This document shows positions 40,009 to 53,644 of a stretch of 64,000 nucleotides of DNA, one piece after another. The notes under the pieces were generated by a model. It saw only the letters and a program-made list of their open reading frames with translations. It was not told the DNA's origin and searched no databases. The position numbers and the translations under genes were made by a program. Numbering within the stretch: position 1 is the first letter of the stretch; each line of letters begins with the position of its first letter. Source of the stretch: Eledone cirrhosa. Its lineage: Eukaryota. Location of the stretch: positions 18,848,001-18,912,000 of the forward strand of contig OZ024747.1 of NCBI GenBank assembly GCA_964016885.1, given 5' to 3'.

Positions 40009-41534
40009 GAAACAAGGAACATAATGTTCCCAGTCCATGCTATAGAATGGTTGGCATTAGAAAGGGCATCCAGCTGCAGAAACCAAGCTCCAAATGGAAC
40101 GGGTCAACAGGATGTGGTCACTTGACCTGTCTGGCCTCAAAACATAACCCATCAAACATATGTAAGCATGGAACATAGACATAAAATGGTGATGATGATG
40201 ATTCCATAATTACTCTGATCAAGAGATGAAAGAAATTTTAACCAAACATATTTTTGGTTCCCTTATTTTAGATTTACGTACAAATATTGCTTTAGGTGGT
40301 ACAATATTTCCTCATGTTTGCTTGTCAGAAGGATTGTTCCTATACATCCATGTTAAATTAACGTTTGTTTGCCAAAGGAACTGTCCCTATATGTCCATGT
40401 TAAATTAATGTTGACATACTAACATGATGACATTCCACCTGAAACTCTTCAGAGCAAGCACAACCAGTTTGTCGCAATTGCTAATAAGGTAACACAGCTA
40501 CTTTACAGCGAAATAGTCCTCTGTGTTGTTTGTTCTGTCTTGTTCATGCCTTCCTCTTCTTTTTTATATTTAATCTCATTAAGAAATGTAAATATATTTA
40601 ATATCACTAAGTAGTGTAAATATATTTGATCTCACAAAGAAATGTAAATAATGTATAATAAGATTACTCTATAAGGTCTTCTGTGTAGAAAGTTTCAACT
40701 TGTGATCACTTTACATACAGTATTCCTCTTTTGACATCTTGAGATATATCACAGCACCACCAACATCACATATACCAACACTACCAACATCATCCTTACC
40801 ATCATCCTCCTCGTTTTTATATCTGCTTTTCCATGATGGTATGGGTTAGATGTAACTTTCTGAGGCAGCATTCTGTGGTCAAATGCTTTTCCTAACCTTA
40901 ACCCTCATTTATTTTAATGTAAAAGAGTAAGGTACTTATATTTACCTTACTAATGATATTGAGCTAATGAGGTGATAGGAGTTTCTTTGCAGTCACTTAG
41001 CCTTCTAGAAATAGCAGCCAAATCTTGAAAATACATCATACTTCCTTCTTTGTACCATCAAGGTGACAAAGGACCACTTATGACTTCTGTGCTTGGTATA
41101 TAAAGTTTCTCATGGAAGACTACAAAGGTATTTTTCCTCTTGCTTTAGCTGGCTTCTTACGAGGCTGCATCTCATGCATTTCTACTCTATTGTTTTAATG
41201 ATAATGGCCCCGGTCCTATCATGAAATAAAGTGTATTGCTCAAGAACACAACATGCCACCCTGTCAAAGATTCAAACTCTTCTGATCATGAATCCAATAC
41301 TGCCACCATTAGGCCTTGCAAAAATGCATTGTTCCATATATATATATATATATATATAAGTCCACACTGTAAATGTGGTTGGTGTTAGGAAGGGCATCCA
41401 GCTGTAAAAGAAAAGCTGCCAGAGACGGTTCCGTGCGAGCGAAACATAGTCTCCCGACCATTCCCGTATCAAATGGAACAAAACCGTCTAACCCATGCTA
41501 GCGTGGAAGATGGACATTAAACGATGATGATGAT

Positions 41535-41976
41535 ATCATCATCATCATCGTTTAACGTCCATGTTCCACGCTTGCATGGGTTTGGACGGGAGTTTTCCCA
41601 CTTGAGGCAAGAGTGGTTGTCATTGCTCGCATAGGACTGTCTGGCGGGTTTTCTACAGCTGGATGCCCTTCCTAACACCAACCACATTTACAGTGTGGGG
41701 CTGGGAGGTTTTTACCGTGTTGCTTACACGGCCACATTACAGCGTGGACTGTGTGTTTTTTTGTCGTGACAGCTACACGATCTCAATTGTTTCGGCCTGG
41801 ATGTTGTGGCACCAACATAACTTTACATTGAAAGGGGCGGTGTGGATGAGGTGGGGGTGGTGGGACGGGGGTGTATTTTGTTAGAGATGCCTACTGACTG
41901 TAGTAGGTTTTACTTTGTATTTAGGTAAGGCGGGTCTTCTCTATTACTGAGTACCGCCAAAGGTCTCGGTCCAGTG

Positions 41977-41977
<1 letters not shown>
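41535..41977 (-). mobile_element. Family C, full length, tail-to-tail with a related tail at 41360-41534(+)
   Basis: Reverse complement of 34108 copy; junction (GAT)n|(ATC)n. Confidence 0.85.
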
Positions 41978-42009
<32 letters not shown>

Positions 42010-42222
42010 GACTGGAAAATACACTATTCAATGTGCACAGACATGGAAATAACAATGTAAGTTGAATATCAGAATATTTTAGTCCAGAGATTTCTAATTA
42101 CAGTATACAATGTATAATCACCATAAAATATATATACATAGTATATAGACCAAGTTTTTATATTACAGAATGGATTGAGTCTATTCATTATTAAATGTAT
42201 AAAGACTATCATTATACAATAA

Positions 42223-42279
<57 letters not shown>

Positions 42280-42829
42280 ATATTATGCAGCATTTTATGT
42301 ATAAATCATTATTTGTGTGTATGTGTGTTTGTGTGTCCATTGTCAATATGACCTACAATATGATATATACGACAAACTAAGTATGTGAAGCCATAAAGAG
42401 TTGTAACATAATACATAAAGATAAATAAATTGTTAATAGATAATATGAAGACCAATAATAATAATAACAATAATAATATATTGTAAATGTAAAATCTGAA
42501 TTCTTATAATAGAGATAAATATATTGTGATTAAGAGATATAGATATTGATAATATAATATACATATAAAGAGAGAGACAGATAATTGTGAATACAAAGAA
42601 CTATAAAATATAAAGATTAATAAATATTGATAGATATATAGAAATGATAAAAAGACCTCACATTTCAATAGAATTTTCAATCTTATTTATCTCTTTCCTT
42701 TAATTTGTACTCTTCACCCCCAGGGCAGCTAGGAGGTTGGAATTTTGGGGGATGAATTTGTATCTTTGAGCAAAATTTTGTTATAATTTGTTGAGAAATG
42801 GCAACACTATTTCAAGACAAATTCTTGCA

Positions 42830-43705
42830 GGGGTTAACTTTACCTTTCATCCTTTCAGAGTCAATAAAATAAAGTAGCAGTCAAGTATTGGGATTTATTT
42901 AATCAGCTTTGCCCTTCTCCTAACATTTGCTGGCCTTGTGCTTTAGTTAGAAATTAATATATTTCATTGAATTATTTGTTTTGGCTCTTTACATTCAGGG
43001 TTTAATTCCTACTACAGTTAACTTTTCCTTTCATCCTTTCAGGGTCGATAAAATAAAGTAGTACTTAAGTACTGGAGTTGATTTAATCAGCTTTGCCCTT
43101 CCCCTAAAATCTGCTAGCCTTGTGCTTTGATTAAAAATCAATATATTTCATTGACTGCCAGACAATAAAAGGCGAAGATGACCTTGACGGAGATTGGAAC
43201 TCAGAACTTAAAGTTCTATAACTACACAGAGGAAGACATTTTATCCACTGCTCTACTAGTTCTTCCAATCCACCAATCTCATATACATAATTATTATTAT
43301 TATTAATGCACTAGGGTCGATTTAATCAACTTTCTCCTCCCCTTCGAATTGCTGGCCTTGTGCCTAAAGTAGAAACAATTATTATTATACATAAGGGCGG
43401 TGGATTGGCAGTATCGACAGAGAGTTGAACGCCATGCTTTGCAGTATAAAGTTACGGCCCTTTATGATCTGAGTTCAAATCCCACCGATGTTAACTTTGC
43501 CTTTCATCTTTACTGGGTCGATAAAATAAAGCACCAGTAATGCACTGGGGTAATTGCTGGCCTTGTGCCAGAAGTAGAAACAATTATTATTAATGCACTA
43601 GGGGCGATTTAATCAACTGTCCTCTCCCTGTCAAATTACTGGCCTTGTGCCTAAAGTAGAAACAATTATTATTTGGAACATTATAGGGCAGTGGATTGGC
43701 AGAGC
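42830..43705 (+). mobile_element. Cluster of SINE B copies and tail duplications (best copy 43393-43590)
   Basis: Repeated CCTTTCATCCTT..GTCGATAAAATAAAGTA and GCTGGCCTTGTGC..GTAGAAACAATTATT blocks. Confidence 0.8.
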
Positions 43706-44109
43706 CATACATCTCTCTATCTCTCTTAACTTTTGAAAATTATGAAACTTGTGAAACTGGTAAAGTTATTAGTTATTCTGAATAAACCTTCTTAAAGACT
43801 CCATTTGCATTTTCAACTTGAGATATATAAAAAAAATTACTTTCGATTATGTGTGTGTATACAGAAGAAGAAAAATGCAAAGTTCAGTGTAAATGTAAAG
43901 ACACACACACACACAAGTGTGTGGAAAGAAAGATAAAAGAAAGAAGAATAAAAGAAATTGAGTGTATAAAATATAAAGACATCTGAAATAATATATTTAC
44001 ATTAATTAAAATAGTCAATATAATGTAGGAAGACTTATTTCTACATAGAGATAAATAAATTGTGAATACAAGATATGATGAACTGTAATATAATAGAATA
44101 TAATAGATA

Positions 44110-44368
44110 TGTTTCTTTATTAGCCACAGGGGCACAAAAGAAGGGGACAAATACAAAGGGGAAGTTTACATACAATAAAAACGTGTAAAATATTATCACA
44201 AATGCAATTTAAAAAATTAATCGATTTTCCCCAATAGGGGGAGACAGTTCATATGGGTAACACATACCCCCGAAAAAATGTCCAACCCTCATCTCCAGGA
44301 GTACGAAGAGTTTGTACTCCTTTCCTCTGTTCCTCCTTTTTCTCAACCTACAGGCTGATATAGAGAGA
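44110..44368 (-). mobile_element. 259-bp insertion flanked by a perfect 37-bp direct repeat; probable LINE 3' end
   Basis: ATATGATGAACTGTAATATAATAGAATATAATAGATA at 44073-44109 and 44369-44405; AATAAAGAAAC at the minus-strand end. Confidence 0.6.
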
Positions 44369-44531
44369 ATATGATGAACTGTAATATAATAGAATATAAT
44401 AGATAGTCAAGACCTATAATACATAGAGAGATGAATTGTGATTAGAGGATGTGAAGATCACTTATATAATATGTGTGTGTGTATATCTCTCTCTCTCTCC
44501 CCCTCTGTGTATATATATATATATATATATA

Positions 44532-44874
44532 ATCATCATCATCATTTCATTTTATGTCCGCTTTTTCCCTGCTTGCAAGGGTGGGACGGGAACTGATTCT
44601 GGCTTGATTTCTACAGCTGGATGCCCTTCCTAACACCAACCTCATTTACAGTGAGTGCTGGGTGCTTTTTTGACGTGGCACCTCCACGACCAATTTACAG
44701 TGGAATGATAGGGACCCCACTCCCTATCATCTCATTTCTACAGCTGAGTAAACTGGAGCAATGTGAAATAAAGTGTCTTGCTCAAGGAAACAACACATCA
44801 CCCGGTCTGAGAATTGAACTCACAACCTTTCAATTGCAAGGCCAATGCTCTAACCACTAAGCCATGTGCCTCCA
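44532..44874 (-). mobile_element. SINE family A, full length, minus strand
   Basis: Reverse complement of A; short duplication of the 5' end at about 44878-44891. Confidence 0.9.
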
Positions 44875-44995
44875 TTAGCCATGTGCCTCCATATATATAT
44901 ATAAATATATATATACAGTTGTTTCCCCCACCCCCCATATTCGCTGGGGTTATGTTTCTAGAGCACCCACGCAGAGTGAATATTGGATGTGGCTG

Positions 44996-45243
44996 AATCT
45001 TAACCATCTACTATGTCAGGGTATGTCATGCATCATCTTATTTTATCTGATGAGGACGTACTGTTGAAGATAGCTCAGTACCTCTGAAATATGTATAATA
45101 AAATATACTTGATCACACGAATGTCTATTTTTGTTAATATTTTGAATTAATATTAATAACTCCGGAAAACCATTTCTGTTGAGTGCTTCCAATCTATTGT
45201 AAAACTCATTCTTTGATTTATTCATTGAGCCTTGTTTAACCTT

Positions 45244-45248
<5 letters not shown>
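44996..45248 (+). mobile_element. Hammerhead-bearing Penelope-like terminal fragment ending in (TA)n
   Basis: Homologous to 11664-11895; contains the 45039 ribozyme. Confidence 0.65.
45039..45105 (+). ncRNA. Type I hammerhead ribozyme motif, second copy of the 11785 family
   Basis: Same stems and core as 11785-11851; differences confined to loop 2; predicted cut after 45097. Confidence 0.8.
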
Positions 45249-45316
<68 letters not shown>

Positions 45317-45423
45317 ATAATAATAAATTTGAAGACTAAAATCCAAAGAGGGCTCGATAAGATTAAATATATATCAAATATATAAGAACCGTAGAGCAAA
45401 TATTTATTAAAATAACAGATTAA

Positions 45424-45474
45424 AGTTTAAGCAAAGAATCGCTGCTTTCACCCTTAACGGGATCTTCTGAAACT
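45424..45474 (-). ncRNA. Non-canonical hammerhead-like motif in the Penelope arm (mirror copy 47167-47217+ has GAAA->AAAA)
   Basis: AGTTT-CAGAAGA-tCCC(GTTAA)GGGt-GAAA-GCAG..TTGC-TT-AAACT; U4A and U-U at the base of stem II are non-canonical. Confidence 0.4.
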
Positions 45475-45755
45475 AACAAAGTCAATCTGTAAACGCAGAA
45501 GTGGATATTTCAAAAAACGTTGCAACCGGAGGAAGACAGGAAGACGATACTTTGGTTCGTGGAAACGTTCCCTGGCAAAGAACAGGAAAAAACGAATATG
45601 ATACGTCATTAATAGGAGCGATGAAAAACAATTACACGCAAAGACAGAACCACGTTTATGGTATAAAAGAAGTCGTAGACTAATGTTCTCTTAGGTGGTT
45701 CATAGAGACGTTCTATGCCAATGAACGGAAAAAACGTAGATAATACGTCATATGT

Positions 45756-46099
45756 GGTGTTACATAGGGTTAACCGCCAATAGATTCAAGCAGCGTCTTT
45801 ACATGCATACCCATTCTTTTCGTTACCCTCTAAGAAGGAATATGACGTCACTTTCAGCTTATATCTGGAGTCTAAAAGACAACCACACCCAATATAAGTT
45901 ACACTGGGAGATCCTAGCTAGGGCTAGATCGTATAACGGAAATAAAAGACCATGTGACCTCTGCGCCGCTGAGGCCCTGGAAATACTCTACGCCACAGAC
46001 AACATTTTAAACAAAAAATCTGAGGCAATTTCGGCTTGTAAACATAAATTGCACAAAACTTTCCTGTATTACAGCCCCACATTATACCCTAACGGATAG
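45756..46099 (+). pseudogene. C-terminal part of a Penelope-type GIY-YIG endonuclease
   Basis: YIGLT..RFKQRL..H, TSLS.YIW.LK, WEIL..A.SY, C.LC..E...I, LNKKSE....CKH motifs; truncated just before YIG, and the ATG at 45752 comes from the inverted arm. Confidence 0.85.
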
Positions 46100-46493
46100 T
46101 ACGATCTATACGTGGATATTTTACGTCTTGATGTGGTAGCTAAGTATATGTTATGTTTATACCATTACTTATTTGCATAGGTAAGTATATATTACCTGTA
46201 TGTTTTGTGAAGGTACGTATACTTTCTCGTACGTATATTTGATTGTATATGTTATGACGTATAATTTTATATATTCTGGTACATATGGTTTGGTTATGTG
46301 TATACGGGAGTTTTGCGTCTGTGTGAGTATGCAGGTTCGTACGTATGTAGGGTGTGTGTATATGTGTACTTCATGTTTTGGTTGACTTACGTCTCCGAAC
46401 ATTTGTGTATTTACATGTAGGTATGTGTGTGCGCTTGTTATATACGTATTTATTTATTTATATACGTTTATTTATTTATTTATTTATTTGTAT

Positions 46494-46524
<31 letters not shown>

Positions 46525-47232
46525 TATTTATATGTGCGTGGTTTTGTATACCTATGGCAAGTGTTTTCGCGTATGCTTGTGTATGTACGTATTTGCATGC
46601 GTGTATGTATTTATTTAATTTCTATTACCTCTGTATTGTATTTTTTTACTTTATTCTTAACTCAGAAGCGGAGATTCTTTCGGTTTCCTAGTTAGAATTT
46701 TAGTCTACGACTTCAGCTATACCATTTACGTGGTTTTGTCTTTGCGTGCAATTGTTCTCCATGGTTCACATATGACGTATTATCTTCGTTTTTTCCGTTT
46801 TTTCCACCTAAGAGAACATTAGTCTACGACTTCTTTTATACCATAAACGTGGTTCTGTCTTTGCGTGCAATTGTTCTCCACGGTCTACATATGACGTATT
46901 ATCTTCGTTTTTCCGTTCATTGCCAGAGAACGTCTCTATGAACCACCTAAGAGAATATTAGTCTACGACTTCTTTCATACCATAAACGTGGTTTTGTCTT
47001 TGCGTGTAATTGTTTTTCACCGCTCCAAATAATGACGTATTATATTCGTTTTTTCCCGTTCTTTGCCAGGGAACGTTTCCACGAACCAAAGTATCGTCTT
47101 CCTGTCTTCCTCCGGTTGCAACGTTTTTTGAAATATCCACTTCTGCGTTTACAGATTGACTTTGTTAGTTTCAGAAGATCCCGTTAAGGGTAAAAGCAGC
47201 GATTCTTTGCTTAAACTTTAATCTGTTATTTT

Positions 47233-47299
<67 letters not shown>

Positions 47300-47861
47300 C
47301 CGAAGAGATTGTTTTGGTAAAAACAGGAGCAAGCAGGAGAAAGCTCTCAACATTCATAGTTTGTAGTTGCGATGGAGATTCAGTATAATAATAACATTAA
47401 TAAAGATATATATATATATAATAGAGATAACTTCTACAGGACTAGAACTGTTTTGTTCATATGTAATCACCAGGAATGTCAGATAAAATTGGTTAGTATT
47501 GATATTTTTAGGTTTCTTTGGGGAAAGGTAATTGATAAAGAGTGATGGGAGAGGGTGGAGGTGGTGAAAAAGACAATGAAGGGAAGGTGAACAATAAATA
47601 AAAGAAGAAAAAGAAAAAGTAAGAGAAAAAGAAGTAGAAGATGATAATGGAGAGCAGGAAACAATAAAAAGGGGAAGGTGTGGGGAAGGGAAATATGGAG
47701 TTGGGGGGGTTGTCTGATGATCATCTAAATACAGAGGAAACTCCACAATAACAAGACATCACTTAGCCATAATAATGAATATATTTGCTAATACACACAC
47801 ACACATACATACATACACACATATATACAGTAGATAGAGAAACTATAATATATGTATATAA

Positions 47862-48052
47862 ATAATTGTTTCTACTTTTGGCACAAGGTCAGCAATTATC
47901 CCAGTACATTACTGGTACTTTATTTTATCGACCCCGTAAGGATGAAAGGCAAAGTTAACCTCGACAGGATTTGAACTCAGAACGTAAAGGGCCATAACTA
48001 TGTGCTGCAAACATGGTTTCTGATGCTCTACCAATACTGCCAATCCACCACC
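47862..48052 (-). mobile_element. SINE family B
   Basis: Reverse complement of B. Confidence 0.85.
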
Positions 48053-49012
48053 ATGTATATAAGTAATGCATATCAAACATGAAGACCTATATATCAACAG
48101 TCAATCGACAAGATCCTAGACCTTATTCGTTTAACAAGTGGGGTGGAGCTTGTCAAATCGGACCGAGGAAACAATGTTTCCATTGGTCTTTCCAACTGCT
48201 AATACTATCTATCGGTCGCAAATCCAGGCAGAAGAGCAACATGAAATAAAGTGTCTTGTTCAAGGACATAACGCATCGCATATATACACATATGTAAAGT
48301 TATGTTGGTGCCACAACATCCAGGCCGAAACAAATGAGATTGTGTAGATGTCACGACAAAAAACACACAGTCCACGCTGTAATGTGGCCGTGTAGGCAAC
48401 ACGGTAAAAACCTCCCAGCCCCACACTGTTAGGAAGGGCATCCAGCTGTAGAAAACCCGCCAGACAGTCCTATGCGAGCAAGACAACCACTCTTGCCTCA
48501 AGTGGGAAAACTCCCGTCCAAACCCATGCAAGCGTGGAACATGGACGTTAAACGATGATGATGATGATGATGATAAACATATACACACAAAGGTAAGGGA
48601 ATATTTATAGGCAGAGAGAAAAAGTGTAAAATGTTATGACATTTAAGAGTTACCCACTGGTATTTACAGTGTAAAAGAAGGAATTTTAATGTAAAGTTGA
48701 AACTAGTTTGCATTTTCATAGAAAGTTACTGCACTACAGTACCTGAGGCTTGCTATACATACACACACACATATATATATATACACACACACACATATAT
48801 ATATATATACACACACACACATATATATATATATACACACACATACACATATATATATACATACACATACACATATATATATATACATACACATACACAT
48901 ATATATATATACATACACACATACACATATATATATATATACACACACATACACATATATATATATATACACACACATACACATATATATATATATATAC
49001 ACACACATACAC

Positions 49013-49049
<37 letters not shown>

Positions 49050-49156
49050 TACATATATATATACACACACACATACATACATATATATATACACACACAT
49101 ACACATATATATATATATACACACATACATACATATATATACACACACACACACAC

Positions 49157-49187
<31 letters not shown>

Positions 49188-49322
49188 TATATATACACAC
49201 ACATATATATATACACACACACATACACATATATATATATACACACACACATACACATATATATATATAGACACACATATATATATATATACACACATAT
49301 ATATATATATACACACATACAC

Positions 49323-49357
<35 letters not shown>

Positions 49358-49490
49358 TTCACATACATATATAGACATACATAAATACACACACATATAT
49401 ACATATACACAAGGACACGCACACTCACACACAGAAATAATTTTTACAAAATTACACATCTTGATGCTCTAGGACATCAGGGATTGAATG

Positions 49491-49561
<71 letters not shown>

Positions 49562-49629
49562 TTATTCAATCCCTGATGCCCTAGAGCATCAGGATGTGTA
49601 ATTTCATTAAATCTATTTGCGTGCATATG

Positions 49630-49753
<124 letters not shown>

Positions 49754-50026
49754 GGCTGCTAAACATAGCAAAGTACCAGAAGAAGAAAATACTAAATGCC
49801 TTACAGTATTAGGTTACTCAGTTCTACTTCTATATTCTAAGTTCCAATACAATCCAAGATTGGTGTTGCCTTTCACTCTTCTGGAGCTTGGTAGATTTAG
49901 TAGCAGACATGTTCTAGAGTTGACTCAATTGACTGTGAATTTGTGGTCATGTACCAATGGGAGGAATCAATATTATATATGTAGAGGTCAAACAGTATAC
50001 TGTGTGTGTGGGGGGGGGGTACATGT

Positions 50027-50475
50027 TCACTGGACCGAGACCTTTGGCGGTACTCAGTAATAGAGAAGACCCGCCTTACCTAAATACAAAGTAAAACCTA
50101 CTACAGTCAGTAGGCATCTCTAACAAAATACACCCCCGTCCCACCACCCCCACCCCATCCACACCGCCCCCTTCTATGTAAAGTTATGTTGGTGCCACAC
50201 CATCCAGGCCGAAACAAATGAGATCGTGTAGGTGTCACGACAAAAAAAACACACAGTCCACGCTGTAATGTGGCCGTGTAGGCAACACGGTAAAAACCTC
50301 CCAGACCCACACTGTAAATGTGGTTGGTGTTAGGAAGGGCATCCAACTGTAGAAAACCTGCCAGACAGTCCTATGCGAGCAAGACAATCACTCTTGCCTC
50401 AAGTGGGAATACCCCCGTCCAAACCCATGCAAGCGTGGAACACGGACGTTAAAAGTTGATGATGATGATGATGAT
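50027..50475 (+). mobile_element. Family C, full length
   Basis: Same 5' end and tail as 34108. Confidence 0.85.
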
Positions 50476-50966
50476 ATATATATATATTCAAGTTCTAGCT
50501 GTCTCATGAGGTCATAGCTGTTGAATAATGGTTATCACCGAAATATATATTGCAGTGAATATTGCAGTGAATAAACAAAGTTAATTTTAACCTGTTGACT
50601 TACACTTCTTGTTTATATATATATATAAGTATAATCATAGAAAGTTTACATTACATATCAAACAATACATATTAAATGACAAACATTACACATTACATAA
50701 GAAACATTGCACATTACATCATGAATATTAAGTGTTACAAGACAAATATTACATATTACATAAGAAACATTGCACATTACATGATGAATATTAAGTGTTA
50801 CAAGACAAATATTACATATTTAATGACAAACAATACATATTACATAAAAAAACATTACACATTATATAATGAACAAAACACACATTGCATGAAGAACATG
50901 ACAGTATATAATAAATATTATACAAAAACTATTACACGTTACATGTGGAATATTACATATTATGAG

Positions 50967-51239
50967 AAATACACATTATATAATGAATTTCACACATTAC
51001 ATGTGAAATACACATTATATAATGAATTTCACACATTACATGTGAAATACACATTATATAATGAATTTCACACATTACATGTGAAATACACATTATATAA
51101 TGAATTTCACACATTACATGTGAAATACACATTATATAATGAATTTCACACATTACATGTGAAATACACATTATATAATGAATTTCACACATTACATGTG
51201 AAATACACATTATATAATGAATTTCACACATTACATGTG
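50967..51239. repeat. 39-bp minisatellite, 7 identical copies, preceded by degenerate ATTACA-rich units (50650-50965)
   Basis: Unit GAAATACACATTATATAATGAATTTCACACATTACATGT. Confidence 0.92.
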
Positions 51240-52851
51240 TAATATTTCATATTACATGAGCGACATTACACATTATATATTGAACATTCTGGGTGGGAAG
51301 TATAATTTGAATTAATTCTAAGATAGAGTTGTGGAATAAGCATATGACTATAAATCTTTTTAAATCTAAAGGTGCACCATTGAAAAGTAGGGGGCAGTGC
51401 AATTCAGTGCCCCTTCCCTTTTGGTGACAGGCCTAATCTCAGTCACCAATCTCTCCACAACAAAACTACAAAGAACACAAAACAATTCACTTTAATCTTC
51501 CCTGTGCTGCACAGTAACCACACCCTTAGAAAAGATTCTACAACAGAAACTTTTACTGTTTTACAGTTGTTCCTCTTTTTCATCTTTTTTTTTTCTTATT
51601 TATGTTTCTTTTGCCTCCCAGTTTCCTTCTTTCTTTTCTTTTTTCTCTCTATCTCTGTTGATTTTGTTTCTTAATTGTTAGGGGAACTAGATACCTCTCC
51701 TAGACTGCAATGTCTTACTAGCTCTATACAGACGTTTAAATTGATTAAATAAATAAATAAAACATCCAACAATGACAGGACCTGCTGGTAAGTGTGCCTG
51801 TCGACACAATCCTCCCAGGACTATGTGGGCAAAGAAGAAAAAGAAGCCCACAATGAAACAAATTTTGTACAATACATTTTGTTTTAAATAAATATTGATT
51901 TCATAATACATATTTCACATGAATGTCACGTGCCTCTGCCTATATACACATACTATAATATCTTTTACATGCATTTTCATTTCATGCATGTCACGTGTAT
52001 CTGCCTATATATTCTATAACACATATTTTACATGCATATTCATCACATGCATGTCATGTGCATCTGCCTATAAACACATGACACACTGTTTTGTAGAAAA
52101 GCCTAAAATAAATACAATAGAAATTGATTTATATGTATGCGGGAATCATTGTTTTTTGTTATCTAGGAGCCATAGTATTTGAGAAAGGACTAGTAACCTA
52201 TGAAAGAGCTACACATTTGTAAACCTTAACATCCCCAAATCATCCCAGAAGTATTACTATAAAATTTCTTATTTGTTTTTACAACAAAACAACACTACTA
52301 AGATGAAGGAAAATACCATTAAAATTAACACATAATCAACTCTATAAGGTGGTTGCACTGGTGACTCAACAAAAAGCTCCCAGTCGATCATGTAAGATAA
52401 CTGTACTGGTGCCATGACAAAAAGCTCCCAGTTTATCCTTTAAGGTGGTAATACTGATGTCATGACAAAAAGCCCTGTCTATTCTGTAAGGTGGTGATTC
52501 TAGTGTCACCACAAAAGGCACCCAGTCCATTGTGTAAAGCAATTGGCACAAAGAGAGATGTCAAACCATAAAAAACCAAGTCAAAAACTGAACATATGGG
52601 TAAAACATGGTCACTTGATCTGTCTGGATCATATAGTGACAGCCTGTCTGACTCATGCAAGCATGGAAGATAAATGTGTGATGATGATGATGATAAGTTT
52701 GTTCTATGCAATTGTAATATAACAGATAAAAAAGATTGAAATCCTGTGCTACAATAAATGCATCTGAGTTCAGTCTTCTTGCTATAGTTGTTTAAAATCA
52801 GGTCAGATCTGAACAAGCATAATTTCATATAAAAACCTTTTTTAAGTTATG

Positions 52852-53176
52852 TTAGTGGTTAGACCATTGGCCTTGCAATCGAAAGGTTGTGAGTTCAATT
52901 CTCAGACCGGGTGATGTGTTGTTTCCTTGAGCAAGACACTTTATTTCACATTGCTCCAGTTTACTCAGCTATAGAAATGAGATGATATGGACTGGGGTCC
53001 CCATCATTCCACTGCAAAGTGGTCGTGGAGGTGCCACGGCAAAAAAGCACCCAGCACTCACTGTAAATGAGGTTGGTGTTAGGAAGGGCATCCAGCTGTA
53101 GAAATCAAGCCAGAATCAGTTCCCGTCCCACCCTTGCAAGCAGGGAAAAAGCGGACGTAAAATGAAATGATGATGT
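52852..53176 (+). mobile_element. SINE family A
   Basis: Near-identical to other A copies. Confidence 0.9.
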
Positions 53177-53644
53177 TCCAAACACCAGCTTAATAACAAG
53201 AAAGTTAATAAATCCATCCAAATTCTTGATTATTTTCAAAATTTACTGAAAATCACAGATAGTGTCGTCCTCCATCATGAATATGGAAAGGAAATGGTTA
53301 AAATATTAACAGAAAGCTTGAATAAAAAATATGTTTCCGTCATTGTCTAAGAATACGAAATAAAATTATTCAATATCCAATATTGCCATGATCACAGAAA
53401 TTATTCACTATTTAGAATTTCATGGTAAAGAAATTGTTAAATATGTGTCTAACTGTTGCTAGCAGAGAAAACATACATTAAACAATGATGAAGATGTAAT
53501 ATATTAAGAAGAATGTTCTGCTTGCAGGTCAAGCGACCATAAGGAGCCTCCTATTTCAGGAGTATTTAGTAATCACCACCACTGATTAATTAACTCTTAA
53601 TGGAGTTGTAGGAACAATGCCGTAACCTAGGACATGCAAGTATT

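Larger units (their letters stand above)
45404..47237 (+). mobile_element. 5'-truncated Penelope-like retroelement with inverted 5' copy of its 3' end
   Basis: 45404-45755 is the reverse complement of 46887-47237 (ORFs 45501-45683+ and 46958-47140- nearly identical); encloses a GIY-YIG remnant and 3' region with tandem sub-repeats (46697-47000); ends in (TA)n. Confidence 0.85.
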
